In this document: positions 39,539-48,739 of the stretch, piece by piece | Position numbering within the stretch: position 1 is the stretch's first letter | How the letters are laid out: each line of letters opens with the position of its first letter | DNA from: Candidatus Sericytochromatia bacterium | Lineage (GTDB): Bacteria; Cyanobacteriota; Sericytochromatia; S15B-MN24; UBA4093 | Assembly: GCA_036676985.1 (NCBI GenBank) | Contig: JAKFBU010000038.1 | Location: 96,001-160,000, forward strand | Direction: 5' to 3' | Length of the DNA stretch: 64,000 nt | Notes under the pieces: generated by a model | Databases searched by the model: none | Told to the model about the DNA's origin: nothing | Seen by the model: only the letters and a program-made list of their open reading frames with translations | Position numbers and translations under genes: made by a program

Positions 39539-41767
39539 CTAGCGATCCAGGGGGAGCGTGAACCAGAATGTGCTGCCCTCGCCCGGCGCGCTGTCGACGC
39601 CGATGCGCCCGCCGTGGGCCTCCACGAGGGCCTTGGCGATCGAGAGGCCGAGACCGGTGCCGCCGACCCGGCGGGTGCTGCTCATGTCGATCTGCGTGAA
39701 GGGCTGGAACAACTTGGGGAGGTGCTCCGTCGCGATGCCGACTCCGTCGTCGGCTACCTCGCAGCGCAGCTGGTCGCCGTCCGAGCATGCGCGGATGCGG
39801 ATCCGGCCCCCCTCGGGCGTGAACTTGATGGCGTTGGTGGCGAGGTTGGTGAGGATCTGGGTCACCCGCTGCTCGTCCGCAACGAGCGGGGGCAGGTCGT
39901 GGGGGACCTCGACCTCGAGGACATGCCCGCGCAGCTCGGCCAGGGCGGCCAGGTGCGCCGCCACGTCCGCCGCCACTGGCGGGAAGGCCATGGGGCGCGG
40001 CTCAAGCGCGAACTTGCCGGCCTGGATCCGGCTCATGTCCAAGAGGTCGTTGATGAGGTTGAGCAGGAGGTCGGCGCCCCTCAGCATCTTGGCGAGGTAC
40101 TCGCGCTGGACGTCGCTCAAGGGACCGACCACCTCGTCCGCGAGGATGCTGCCAAAGCCCATGATGGCGTTGACGGGCGTGCGCAGCTCATGGGAGAGGA
40201 TGCTGAGGAACTGGTCCTTGAGGGCGTCGACCTGGCGCAGGTGCTCGATCTGCTCCCTCTGCAGGCGTTCGCGCTCCACCCGCTCGGAGACCTCGATGCC
40301 CAGGAACAGGATACCGTCGACCCCGTCGCCCGCTTCCCGCATAGGAACGTACGTGAAGTCCCAATAGGTCATCACGTTCGCTTCGGGCTGCTTCAGCATG
40401 AGCGGGAAGCCCTGGGCGCTCCAGGGTTCGCCCGTCTCGAGGACGTGCCGGAAGATGCGGCCGACCTGCTCGTCTCCGACGAAGGCGTCGAGGAAGGAAC
40501 GGTTGAGGAGCTGGTCGGCGGATCGGCGGACGATCCGGCAGTACTCCGCGTTCACCTGGCGGGTGATCATGTCCCGGTCGAGGACCGAAATGGCCGCCGG
40601 GGCATGATCGAGGATGTTCTCGGCGAAGTGCTTTTGCTGGCTGAGCTCCCGTGTGCGCTCCTGGACCTGGACCTCGAGGGTCTTGCGGGCCCGATCGAGG
40701 TCCTCTAGCAGCGCGGCCACCCGGATGGCGACCGCCATCTGGTCCGAGAAGGATCGCAAGAGCTGCCGCTCATTCTCGGGGAAGGTGCGCACGTCCTCCC
40801 AGTACAGCGACAGGACGCCCCACGCGTCGCCCTGGTAGACCAGGGGCAGGTAGATGGTGGCGCGGAAGCCGAGCTCCTCGGAGGTGCCCGGGAGCGGCGC
40901 GAACCCCTCGTAGGAGCGCGCGTCCGAGATGGCGACCGTCTCGCGGGCGAAGTACGAGGTCAAGACGGGGCTGCCCTCGCGCTTTCCAGGATAGCGGGCG
41001 TTGGCGATCGCCCGGGCCGCGTCGTCGAGCTGGTAGCCCGCCCGGATCTGCAGGCCGTCGAGCGCGTCATCCCACAGCCAGACGGCTCCCAGCTTGACGC
41101 CGATCAGGCTGCAGAGCGTCCCCAGGCCCTCTGCGAGCACGTCGTCCAGCGTGCCCGTGATCGTCAACGCGCGGCTCACGTCCGCGATGAGCTTCAGTTC
41201 GTCGTTGCGCCGGGACAGCTCCTCCGCCTTGTGCGCTAGCTCGGTGTTGAGCTCGAGGATATTGCTGTTCTCGGTCGACAGGCGCAGGTACTCGGCCTGC
41301 AACGCTGCGTAGGTCACGGCGTAGCCGCTCGTGATGTCGATGTAGAGGTGTTCGATCTCGGTGACGAGGGCGATGAGCGCCGAGGGATCGAGCGGCTGCG
41401 TCTCGAGCCACTGGATGAGGGCCAGCTTCTGCGCCGCGAGCGTCTGGACGAAGTCCGATAGGCTGATGCCCAGCTTGCCGAGCTCTTGCTGACCGGACGT
41501 GTCTCCCGCGCGGAAGCGGCCGATCACCAGCCGGACGTAGCCGTCCCGATCGCCCCTGGCCAGGTGTTCCAGCAGCTCCTGAATCCGGGCGTAAGCCACG
41601 GCCTCCAACCGCTCGCGCGGGGCCTGGATGCGGCTGAGGGCGTCCACAGGGCGGCTGAGGGTGTTCGCGATGAAGCGCTCCGCGATGTCCGGGACGGTTT
41701 CAAGCGCGGTACGGGCGATCGCCCGCAGCCCCTCGGAAACCGTCGCCAATCGGATCTCCGGGGTCAT
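39539..41767 (-). CDS. Cytoplasmic GAF-PAS sensor histidine kinase
   Basis: Helical N-terminal domain, GAF (LPLVYQGDAWGVL), PAS, SHELRTP, NAIKFT, DDGVGI, GTGLGL; no TM segment seen. Confidence 0.92.
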   Translation of the reverse strand: MTPEIRLATVSEGLRAIARTALETVPDIAERFIANTLSRPVDALSRIQAPRERLEAVAYARIQELLEHLARGDRDGYVRLVIGRFRAGDTSGQQELGKLGISLSDFVQTLAAQKLALIQWLETQPLDPSALIALVTEIEHLYIDITSGYAVTYAALQAEYLRLSTENSNILELNTELAHKAEELSRRNDELKLIADVSRALTITGTLDDVLAEGLGTLCSLIGVKLGAVWLWDDALDGLQIRAGYQLDDAARAIANARYPGKREGSPVLTSYFARETVAISDARSYEGFAPLPGTSEELGFRATIYLPLVYQGDAWGVLSLYWEDVRTFPENERQLLRSFSDQMAVAIRVAALLEDLDRARKTLEVQVQERTRELSQQKHFAENILDHAPAAISVLDRDMITRQVNAEYCRIVRRSADQLLNRSFLDAFVGDEQVGRIFRHVLETGEPWSAQGFPLMLKQPEANVMTYWDFTYVPMREAGDGVDGILFLGIEVSERVERERLQREQIEHLRQVDALKDQFLSILSHELRTPVNAIMGFGSILADEVVGPLSDVQREYLAKMLRGADLLLNLINDLLDMSRIQAGKFALEPRPMAFPPVAADVAAHLAALAELRGHVLEVEVPHDLPPLVADEQRVTQILTNLATNAIKFTPEGGRIRIRACSDGDQLRCEVADDGVGIATEHLPKLFQPFTQIDMSSTRRVGGTGLGLSIAKALVEAHGGRIGVDSAPGEGSTFWFTLPLDR

Positions 41768-43449
41768 GCCGTGACCTCGGCGGGCAGCCCGTTGGAGATG
41801 ACGTACCGGTAGCCCTGCTCCGTGAGGAACATCTGTCGGTTGGCCGCGAACTCCTGGTCGACCGTGTCCCGGCTGACGAGCGTGTAGAAGGTGGCGCCGC
41901 GCCCGTCGCTCTTGGGCCGGAGCAGGCGGCCCAGGCGCTGGGCCTCCTCCTGGCGGGAGCCGAAGGTCCCCGAGACCTGGATGGCGACCGAGGCGTCCGG
42001 CAGGTCGATGGCGAAGTTCGCGACCTTGGAGACGACGAGGAGCGTGATCTCGCCGGTACGGAACCGGTCGTAGAGGCGCTCGCGCTCGGCGTTCGGCGTC
42101 TTGCCCGTGATGAGGGGGGCCTGGAAGGCCTTGGCGATTTCCTCGAGCTGGTCCAGGTACTGCCCGATGACGAGGATGCGCTCGCCCCGGTGGCGCTCGA
42201 TGAGGTCGCCGCAGACGGCCGTCTTGGCGGGGTTGGTGGCGGCGATCCGGTAGCGGTTGCGCTTGTCGGCCACCGAGTACTGGCGCCGCGTGACCTCGTC
42301 GAGGGGGATCCGGATCTCGTGGCAGGTGGCCTCGGCGATGAAGCCGCGGTCCTCCAGCTCCTTCCAGGGGACGTCGTACTTCTTGGGGCCGATCAGGCTG
42401 AAGACGTCCTCTTCGCGCCCGTCCTCGCGGATGAGGGTGGCCGTGAGGCCCAGGCGGCGCTTGGCCTGGATCTCGGTGGTGATCCGGAAGACGGGCGCGG
42501 GCAACAGGTGCACCTCGTCGTAGATGATGAGCCCCCAGTCCCGCATGCCGAAGATCGCCAGGTGCGGGAAGTCGTCACTGTGCGCCGCCCGGTGCGTGAG
42601 CACCTGGTAGGTCGTGACCGTGACGGGCCGGATGTCCTTGACCTCGCCCGAGTACTCGCCCACCTCCGACGGATCGAGGCTGGTCTTGTCGAGGATCTCG
42701 CGGATCCACTGCCGGACGGCCACGATGTTGGGCACGATGACGAGCGTCTGGGCGCGCGCCCGGCCCATGGCGCCGATGCCGACCACGGTCTTGCCGGCGC
42801 CGCACGGCAGGCAGATGACACCCGAGCCCCCGCGCACGCTGCCGCCCGCCCAGAAGGCGTCGACGGCCTCGGCCTGGTAGGGGCGCAGCCCGAACGGCCG
42901 ACCGTCGGTCGTCAGATCCCGCACGTCGAGCGCGAGGGCGGCGCCGTCGCTGTAGCCCGCCAGGTCCTCGACGGGGTAGCCGAACTTGAGGAGGGCCTGC
43001 TTCAAGAGGCCGCGCTGGCCGGGCGGAACCCGCAGGTGGGTCGCCTCGCGCGCCGCGAGGAAGGGGCGGATCTGCTTGGAATGCCAGATCTCGTCCAGGA
43101 GGGCCGCGTCGGTGCTCTCGAGCCGCAGACCGTCCTCGCCCTTGACGAGCTTGACCCGGCCGAAGCGGGCCACCTGGTCCTCCAGCTCGATCTCGAGGGA
43201 GCTCGGCATGGGGAACTTGGAGTAGGTGCGGAGCGTCTCCAGCATCTCCTGGGCGGACATGCCCGTGGCGGCGGCGTTCCAGAGGGAGAGCGGCGTGATC
43301 CGGTAGGTGTGGATGTGCTCGGGGCTCTTGACGAGCTCGGCGAACCGCGCGAGGCGATCGCGGATCGCGGCGTACTCGGGGTGGTGCACCTCGAGCAGGA
43401 TGGAGCGATCGCTCTGGACGATGAGCGGGTTCTGGGGATTGTACGACAT
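41764..43449 (-). CDS. Bacterial XPB/Ssl2-like SF2 DNA helicase
   Basis: PLIVQSD, KSPEHIHTYRITPLSLWNA, LPCGAGKT, DEVH, LGLTAT, QEEAQRLGRLLR. Confidence 0.95.
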   Translation of the reverse strand: MSYNPQNPLIVQSDRSILLEVHHPEYAAIRDRLARFAELVKSPEHIHTYRITPLSLWNAAATGMSAQEMLETLRTYSKFPMPSSLEIELEDQVARFGRVKLVKGEDGLRLESTDAALLDEIWHSKQIRPFLAAREATHLRVPPGQRGLLKQALLKFGYPVEDLAGYSDGAALALDVRDLTTDGRPFGLRPYQAEAVDAFWAGGSVRGGSGVICLPCGAGKTVVGIGAMGRARAQTLVIVPNIVAVRQWIREILDKTSLDPSEVGEYSGEVKDIRPVTVTTYQVLTHRAAHSDDFPHLAIFGMRDWGLIIYDEVHLLPAPVFRITTEIQAKRRLGLTATLIREDGREEDVFSLIGPKKYDVPWKELEDRGFIAEATCHEIRIPLDEVTRRQYSVADKRNRYRIAATNPAKTAVCGDLIERHRGERILVIGQYLDQLEEIAKAFQAPLITGKTPNAERERLYDRFRTGEITLLVVSKVANFAIDLPDASVAIQVSGTFGSRQEEAQRLGRLLRPKSDGRGATFYTLVSRDTVDQEFAANRQMFLTEQGYRYVISNGLPAEVTA

Positions 43450-43591
43450 GGCCGTGAGCCTCCGTCCCGCACGCACGGGTAGTCCCACATGATAGCACCG
43501 TTCGAGGGCCGTCACATGGCCTGTCTGGCTCAAGATCCGGGGTGGGGGGAGGGCAGAACGACCGGGGTGGGGGTGGGGTGTCGGGGAACGA

Positions 43592-44572
43592 CTAGCGGGC
43601 CATCAGCATGCCGGGGGGAAGCTGCTTGCCGGAGGCCTTGGCCTGGGGCTGGGCCGAGGCGGCCTGGGCGATGGCGGCGACGAGGGCCTGGGCCTCGGCA
43701 GCGGGGGCGCCGTTCTCGACCATGGTCTTCTGGAAGTGCTGCTTGGCGACCTGGAGGGCCTGGTCGCGGGTCGCGCCCTTGGCCTCGAGCTTGCCGACGA
43801 CGGTCTGGAAGGCTTCCACCCACTTGGGGTCGAGGCCCTCGGCCTCCTCGGCGGCTTCCTTCTCGAAGGGGATGTGGTTGGGGCCCATCAGGGGGTTGAG
43901 GACGCCCAGGCTGATGCCCATGCCGGCCGCCATGCCGCCGCCCATCGTGAGGGCCTCGCGGCCGATGGCCTTGGCGGCGCCGGGGAACTTGAGGGCGAGC
44001 GCACCGGCCACGCCGGCCGCGAGCAGCTTGTGCTCCTTGACGGTGTCGACCACCGGGCGCCAGACGTAGTCGTTCAGGGGGTTGGCGATGTACTTGGTGA
44101 AGCCGTCGGCGAGGCCCTTCACGTCCTTCTCGGGGAGGGCGGCCGCGATCTTCTCGGCGAGCTTGTTGCCGAGGAGGCGATCGAAGAGCTCCTGACCGGT
44201 CATACCGGCCGCGAAGCCCAGGATGCCGACGGCGAGGGCGGGGAGGCCCAGGGGGGCGAGGGCGATGCCGGCGATGGCGCCGCCGAGGGTCCAGATGCCG
44301 CCACCGATCGAGCTGGTGACGACGCGGGCGACGTACTCGTTGGCCTTGAGCTCGCCGCGGCGATAGGCCTGGCTGCTGAAGAGGCCGTCGAAGGGGATGT
44401 TCGAGACGCCGCCGAGGGTGATGTCCTTGGCGAGGGCGGAGGCCTTGAAGCTGTCGCGAGCGTGGGTGCCGAGCACCCGGCCCACCGTCGACGTCACCTC
44501 GGAGGCGACCTTGCCGGCCGGCGCCTTGCCGATCCGGTGGATGCCCTGCGACTGCGAAGTGGTGACGTTCAT
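43592..44572 (-). CDS. Hypothetical protein with glycine-zipper hydrophobic segments
   Basis: GGAGG RBS, strongly biased codons, GGGIWTLGGAIAGIALAPLG..GILGFAAG and GGGMAAGMG; no signal peptide. Confidence 0.8.
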   Translation of the reverse strand: MNVTTSQSQGIHRIGKAPAGKVASEVTSTVGRVLGTHARDSFKASALAKDITLGGVSNIPFDGLFSSQAYRRGELKANEYVARVVTSSIGGGIWTLGGAIAGIALAPLGLPALAVGILGFAAGMTGQELFDRLLGNKLAEKIAAALPEKDVKGLADGFTKYIANPLNDYVWRPVVDTVKEHKLLAAGVAGALALKFPGAAKAIGREALTMGGGMAAGMGISLGVLNPLMGPNHIPFEKEAAEEAEGLDPKWVEAFQTVVGKLEAKGATRDQALQVAKQHFQKTMVENGAPAAEAQALVAAIAQAASAQPQAKASGKQLPPGMLMAR

Positions 44573-44658
44573 TGGTAGCCTCCCCTGATTAACACCCCAC
44601 TAACGATATAGAGTTCCGGCGGGGGGGCTTGCGGGAATCAGGCAACCTTAAACGAAAC

Positions 44659-45921
44659 TTAGCCGTAGGCGCGGTCGAGCAGCTCCATGGTGTGCAGGAG
44701 CTCGATGGGCTCGCCGCTCTGGCGGAGCCCGAGGCCGATCTGCATCAGGCACGAGGGGTTGCCCGTCACGATGACGTCGGGGGCCGCCTGGCGGATGTGG
44801 CCGAGCTTTCGATCGAGCAGCTGCTGCGAGTTTTCGGGCTGCAGGACGGCATAGGAGCCGGCCCCACCGCAGCACCAGTCGGATTCTGCCAGCGGCACGA
44901 GCGTGAGCCCAGGAATCTGGCGCAGGAGCGCCCGGGGGGCTTCGCGGATCTTCTGGCCATGGGCCAGGTGGCACGGATCGTGGTAGGCGGCCTTCAGCGC
45001 CAAGGTGCGATCGGGCACAGGAAGGCCCACCTCCATGAGGAACTCGGAGGCGTCCTTCACCTTGGCGGCAAGGGCGACGGCGGCCGCGTGATCCGGGTCG
45101 GCGGGTGCCAGCCAGGAGCCGTATTCCTTCATGGCCGCCCCGCATCCCGCCGAGTTGGCGACGAGCGCCACGAGCTCCGGCCGATCGAAGGCGCGCAGGT
45201 TCGTCCGGAGCATGGCCACGGCCCGGGCGCGATCGCCCTCATGCGCATGCAGCGCCCCACAGCAGCCCTGCGCTCGGGGCATCCAGACGTCGTAGCCCGC
45301 CCGGGCGAGCATCCGAACCGTCGCGTGGTTCACGGGCCGGTAGAGGGCGTCCATCGCACACCCCGTGAGGAATGCCACCGTGCCGCGGCTCGCTCCCTTG
45401 GCCGGAACCCATTCGGGCAAAGGTGGGGTCGGCTCGCTGGGGGCGACCATCTCCACCGACCGCCCGAGCACGGGCGGCAACCATCGTGCCACGGCCCGCT
45501 GGAGGTCGGGAGCATGGCGTGCCATGAGGCGCACGGGGGCAGTGGCGAGGCGCATGCGCCCGGCGTGGGAGACCACGTGGTCGAGCATGGCCTTCCAGAC
45601 GGCGCTCGCGCCCTGGCGCGGCCGGGAGGGGACCACGAACTCGGCCCGCACCTCCTCGAGCAGGTGGCCGTACCGGACGCTCGACGGGCATGCCGTCTCG
45701 CAGGCGCGGCAGCCGAGGCAGCGGTCGAAAGGCCCGAACACCTCGGCGCTGGGCTTGAGGCGGCCGTCCAGAAGGGCCTTCATGAGGTGCAGGCGCCCGC
45801 GCGGCGAGTCGGGTTCGGCGCCTGTCAGGGCGTAGGTCGGGCAGGACTCCAGGCAGAGCCCGCAGTGGATGCATTCGTCCGTGAGCGCGGTGAGGTGCGC
45901 CTGGAGCTCGTGGCGCTCCAT
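44659..45921 (-). CDS. glcF: Glycolate oxidase iron-sulfur subunit
   Basis: CIHCGLCLESCP, CLGCRACETACP, CCG motifs, YHDPCHL. Confidence 0.93.
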   Translation of the reverse strand: MERHELQAHLTALTDECIHCGLCLESCPTYALTGAEPDSPRGRLHLMKALLDGRLKPSAEVFGPFDRCLGCRACETACPSSVRYGHLLEEVRAEFVVPSRPRQGASAVWKAMLDHVVSHAGRMRLATAPVRLMARHAPDLQRAVARWLPPVLGRSVEMVAPSEPTPPLPEWVPAKGASRGTVAFLTGCAMDALYRPVNHATVRMLARAGYDVWMPRAQGCCGALHAHEGDRARAVAMLRTNLRAFDRPELVALVANSAGCGAAMKEYGSWLAPADPDHAAAVALAAKVKDASEFLMEVGLPVPDRTLALKAAYHDPCHLAHGQKIREAPRALLRQIPGLTLVPLAESDWCCGGAGSYAVLQPENSQQLLDRKLGHIRQAAPDVIVTGNPSCLMQIGLGLRQSGEPIELLHTMELLDRAYG

Positions 45922-47162
45922 TACGAGCCTCCTTCCAGCCGGAAGCGACCGGGGGCCATGATCCCGTGCGGGTCGAGGCCCGCTTGCAGGCGGCCCATGA
46001 GCTCTCGCGTCGTCGCGTCGAGGGCGAAGGAGTCGACCTCCATGGGCCAGCCGTCACGACCCTCCAGCACGACGTGGCCCCCGAGTGCGGCGGCGATCGC
46101 CCGCACCTCCTCGAGCCATGCGGCGGGCTCGGAGCGTTCCGTGCGCAGCCACCAGGCGCCGTGTTCCACCAGGCCGACGGCCGCGACCGCCCCGGAATCC
46201 GGTAGGGCCCGCACCCGGTCGAGGAAGCCCAGCATGTCCGCGGGCAGCACCGAGGCGCGCACGCCGACGCCACGGTCGGGGACGCCATGCAGCTGCCGGG
46301 CCAGGTCGGCACGCGCCTGCCGGGCGTCGGCGTCCCGGCGGACGTCGAGATGGCGGCCCCCCAGCGTGGTGAGCCGCGTCGTCGCCTCCTGGACTTGCCA
46401 CGCGACCGTCTCGGCGAAGCCGTCGAAGCCGAGCGTGACGCGCACGGCACCGTCTCGCAGCTCCACGGCGTTCACGGCCGGCATCAGGGTCGTGGTCTGC
46501 AGGGCCCCAAGGGCCTCCTCGGCGTTGGCGGCCGGGACCTCCGCGCTCACCAGGGCCGTGGCCTCCCAGCTCGGGCGCACGCGGAAGGTGACGGTCGCGA
46601 TCGCCCCCAGCGTCCCGAGGCTGCCGGCATAGAGCTTGCAGAGGTCGTAGCCCGCCACGTTCTTGACGACCTTGCCGCCGCCATGGACGAGCGCGCCTTC
46701 GGGAGAGGCCACCGAGAGCCCGATGAGCCAGTCCTTGACCTCGCCGTAGCCCGTGCGCGCGAGCGACGAGGGGGCGGCCGCCACCAGGCCGCCGAGCGTC
46801 GTGCGCTCGGGCTGCGCGACCTCGAGCGGCAGCACCTGGAAGCGGGTCGCCAAGAGCGCGTTGAGGTCCGCGAGCGTCATGCCGGCCTCGGCCGTGACGA
46901 CCATGTCGTCCGGGGCGTAGTCGAGGACCCGCGTCAGGCCCGCGGTGGAGACGACCAGATCGGTTGCGACCGGGTTGCCCCAGTCCAGCCGCAGGCCGTG
47001 GCCCCGCACCAGCACCGACAGGCCGGCGTCCGCGGCGATCGCCATGGTCTCGACCAGCGCCGGCACGTCGGACGGGGTGGCGACGAGGCCGCCTTCGGTC
47101 GCAAGGGCCGCGCCGAGGCGCTCCTGCAGGCGGGCGGCACCCGCTTCGAGGGCGGTGGTCAT
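45921..47162 (-). CDS. glcE: Glycolate oxidase FAD-binding subunit
   Basis: GGKVVKNVAGYDLCKL, GSLGTLG, DPHGIMAPG; coupled to glcD and glcF. Confidence 0.9.
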   Translation of the reverse strand: MTTALEAGAARLQERLGAALATEGGLVATPSDVPALVETMAIAADAGLSVLVRGHGLRLDWGNPVATDLVVSTAGLTRVLDYAPDDMVVTAEAGMTLADLNALLATRFQVLPLEVAQPERTTLGGLVAAAPSSLARTGYGEVKDWLIGLSVASPEGALVHGGGKVVKNVAGYDLCKLYAGSLGTLGAIATVTFRVRPSWEATALVSAEVPAANAEEALGALQTTTLMPAVNAVELRDGAVRVTLGFDGFAETVAWQVQEATTRLTTLGGRHLDVRRDADARQARADLARQLHGVPDRGVGVRASVLPADMLGFLDRVRALPDSGAVAAVGLVEHGAWWLRTERSEPAAWLEEVRAIAAALGGHVVLEGRDGWPMEVDSFALDATTRELMGRLQAGLDPHGIMAPGRFRLEGGS

Positions 47163-48577
47163 GGGCGCCGCCTCGACTCCACGCAGGTGCGGGAGGTGGG
47201 CAGGAGCTTGCCCGGGTTGCAGAGCCCCTCCGGGTTGAAGGCGTCGCGCACCCGCTCCATGACCGCGAGGTCCGCGGGCGCGAACATGCGGTCCATCATG
47301 CCGACCTTCTCGACGCCGATGCCGTGCTCGCCCGTGATGGATCCGCCGACGGCGAGGCAGGCCTCCAGGATCTCCTGGCCCGCCTGGACCACCCGGCGCA
47401 CCTGCTCGGGATCGCGCTCGTCGAAAAGGACGATGGGGTGCAGGTTGCCGTCGCCCGCATGGAAGACGTTGGCGATGCGCAGGCCGTGCCGGGCGCCGAT
47501 GCCGGCGATTTGCTTCAAGACGGCGGGCAGCTGCGAGCGCGGAATGACCCCGTCCTGGGTGACCTTGCTCGGGGCGAGCCGCCCCACGCAGCCCACGGCC
47601 TTCTTGCGGGCCATCCAGAGGCGCGATCGCTCGTCGTCGTCCTTGGCGAGGCGCACCTCGCGCGCTCCCTGGGCCTGCAGGATGGCGACCGTCTGGGCGG
47701 CCTGCCGATCGAGTCCCGCCTCCAGACCGTCGAGCTCCACGATGAGGACGGCCTCGGCATCCGTCGGGAAGCCGAACCGGAAGGAGGCCTCCACGGCCGC
47801 GATGATCATGCGGTCCATCATCTCGAGGGCCGCGGGCAGCACGCCCGCCGCGATGAGGGCGCTGACGGCGCTGGAGGCCGCCTCCACCGACTCGAAGACG
47901 GCGAGCATCGTCTTGACGCCCTGCGGCAAGGGAACGAGGCGTACCCACGCCTTCGTCACGATCCCGAAGGTCCCCTCCGCGCCCACGGCCAGGCCGCGCA
48001 GGTCGTAGCCCGGCGCGTCGTCGGTCTTGCCGCCGAGCCAGGCGATCCGGCCGTCCGGCAAGACCACCTCGAGGCCGAGCACGTGGTTCGTCGTGACGCC
48101 GTACTTGAGGGTGTGCGGGCCACCGGCGTTCTCGGCCACGTTGCCGCCGATGGTGCAGGCCATCTGGCTGCTCGGGTCGGGGGCGTAGTGGAGCCCATGC
48201 GGGCTGGCCGCATGCGTGAGCCGGAGGTTGACGAGCCCCGCCTCGACCAGGGCCCTGCGGTTGCGCGGGTCCAGCTCGACGACCCGGGTCATGCGCGTCA
48301 GCGCGATCATGACGCCGCCCGTCTCCGGCGCGAGGCAGCCGCCTGACAGGCCCGTGCCGGCCCCGCGCGGCACGAAGGGGATGCCGCGCTCGTGACAGTA
48401 GCGCACGACGTCCGCGACCGCCTCGGTCGAGCGCGGCAGGACGACCACGAGCGGCAAGGCGCGCTCGAGGGTGTAGGCGTCACAGTCGTAGGCGAGGACC
48501 TCCTCGGGACGGTGCAGGACGGCGTCCGTCCCGAGCAGCGCCTGCAGGTCCGCGACCAGCCTGGCGCGGTCGATCAT
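47159..48577 (-). CDS. glcD: Glycolate oxidase subunit GlcD
   Basis: PRGAGTGLSGG, YAPDPSSQ, HAGDGNLHP, ITGEHGIG. Confidence 0.93.
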   Translation of the reverse strand: MIDRARLVADLQALLGTDAVLHRPEEVLAYDCDAYTLERALPLVVVLPRSTEAVADVVRYCHERGIPFVPRGAGTGLSGGCLAPETGGVMIALTRMTRVVELDPRNRRALVEAGLVNLRLTHAASPHGLHYAPDPSSQMACTIGGNVAENAGGPHTLKYGVTTNHVLGLEVVLPDGRIAWLGGKTDDAPGYDLRGLAVGAEGTFGIVTKAWVRLVPLPQGVKTMLAVFESVEAASSAVSALIAAGVLPAALEMMDRMIIAAVEASFRFGFPTDAEAVLIVELDGLEAGLDRQAAQTVAILQAQGAREVRLAKDDDERSRLWMARKKAVGCVGRLAPSKVTQDGVIPRSQLPAVLKQIAGIGARHGLRIANVFHAGDGNLHPIVLFDERDPEQVRRVVQAGQEILEACLAVGGSITGEHGIGVEKVGMMDRMFAPADLAVMERVRDAFNPEGLCNPGKLLPTSRTCVESRRRP

Positions 48578-48699
48578 GTGGGCTCCCGACGGCTACGCCA
48601 CAGCCCGATCAAGAGGATGACGGCGGCGATCCCGCCCAGGGGAGCGACCACGAAGGAGGCGCCGAGCAGCGCGTTGAACAGGGTGTCGAAGATTGCCAT
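48574..48699 (-). CDS. Putative 41-aa membrane peptide heading the glcDEF operon
   Basis: MAIFDTLFNALLGASFVVAPLGGIAAVILLIGLWRSRREPT; TGA overlaps glcD ATG; TAGAAT 6 nt upstream of its ATG. Confidence 0.55.
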   Translation of the reverse strand: MAIFDTLFNALLGASFVVAPLGGIAAVILLIGLWRSRREPT

Positions 48700-48739
48700 G
48701 GCCCCATTCTAGCGCATGATGGGGCGCTGTAGAGGCGCG

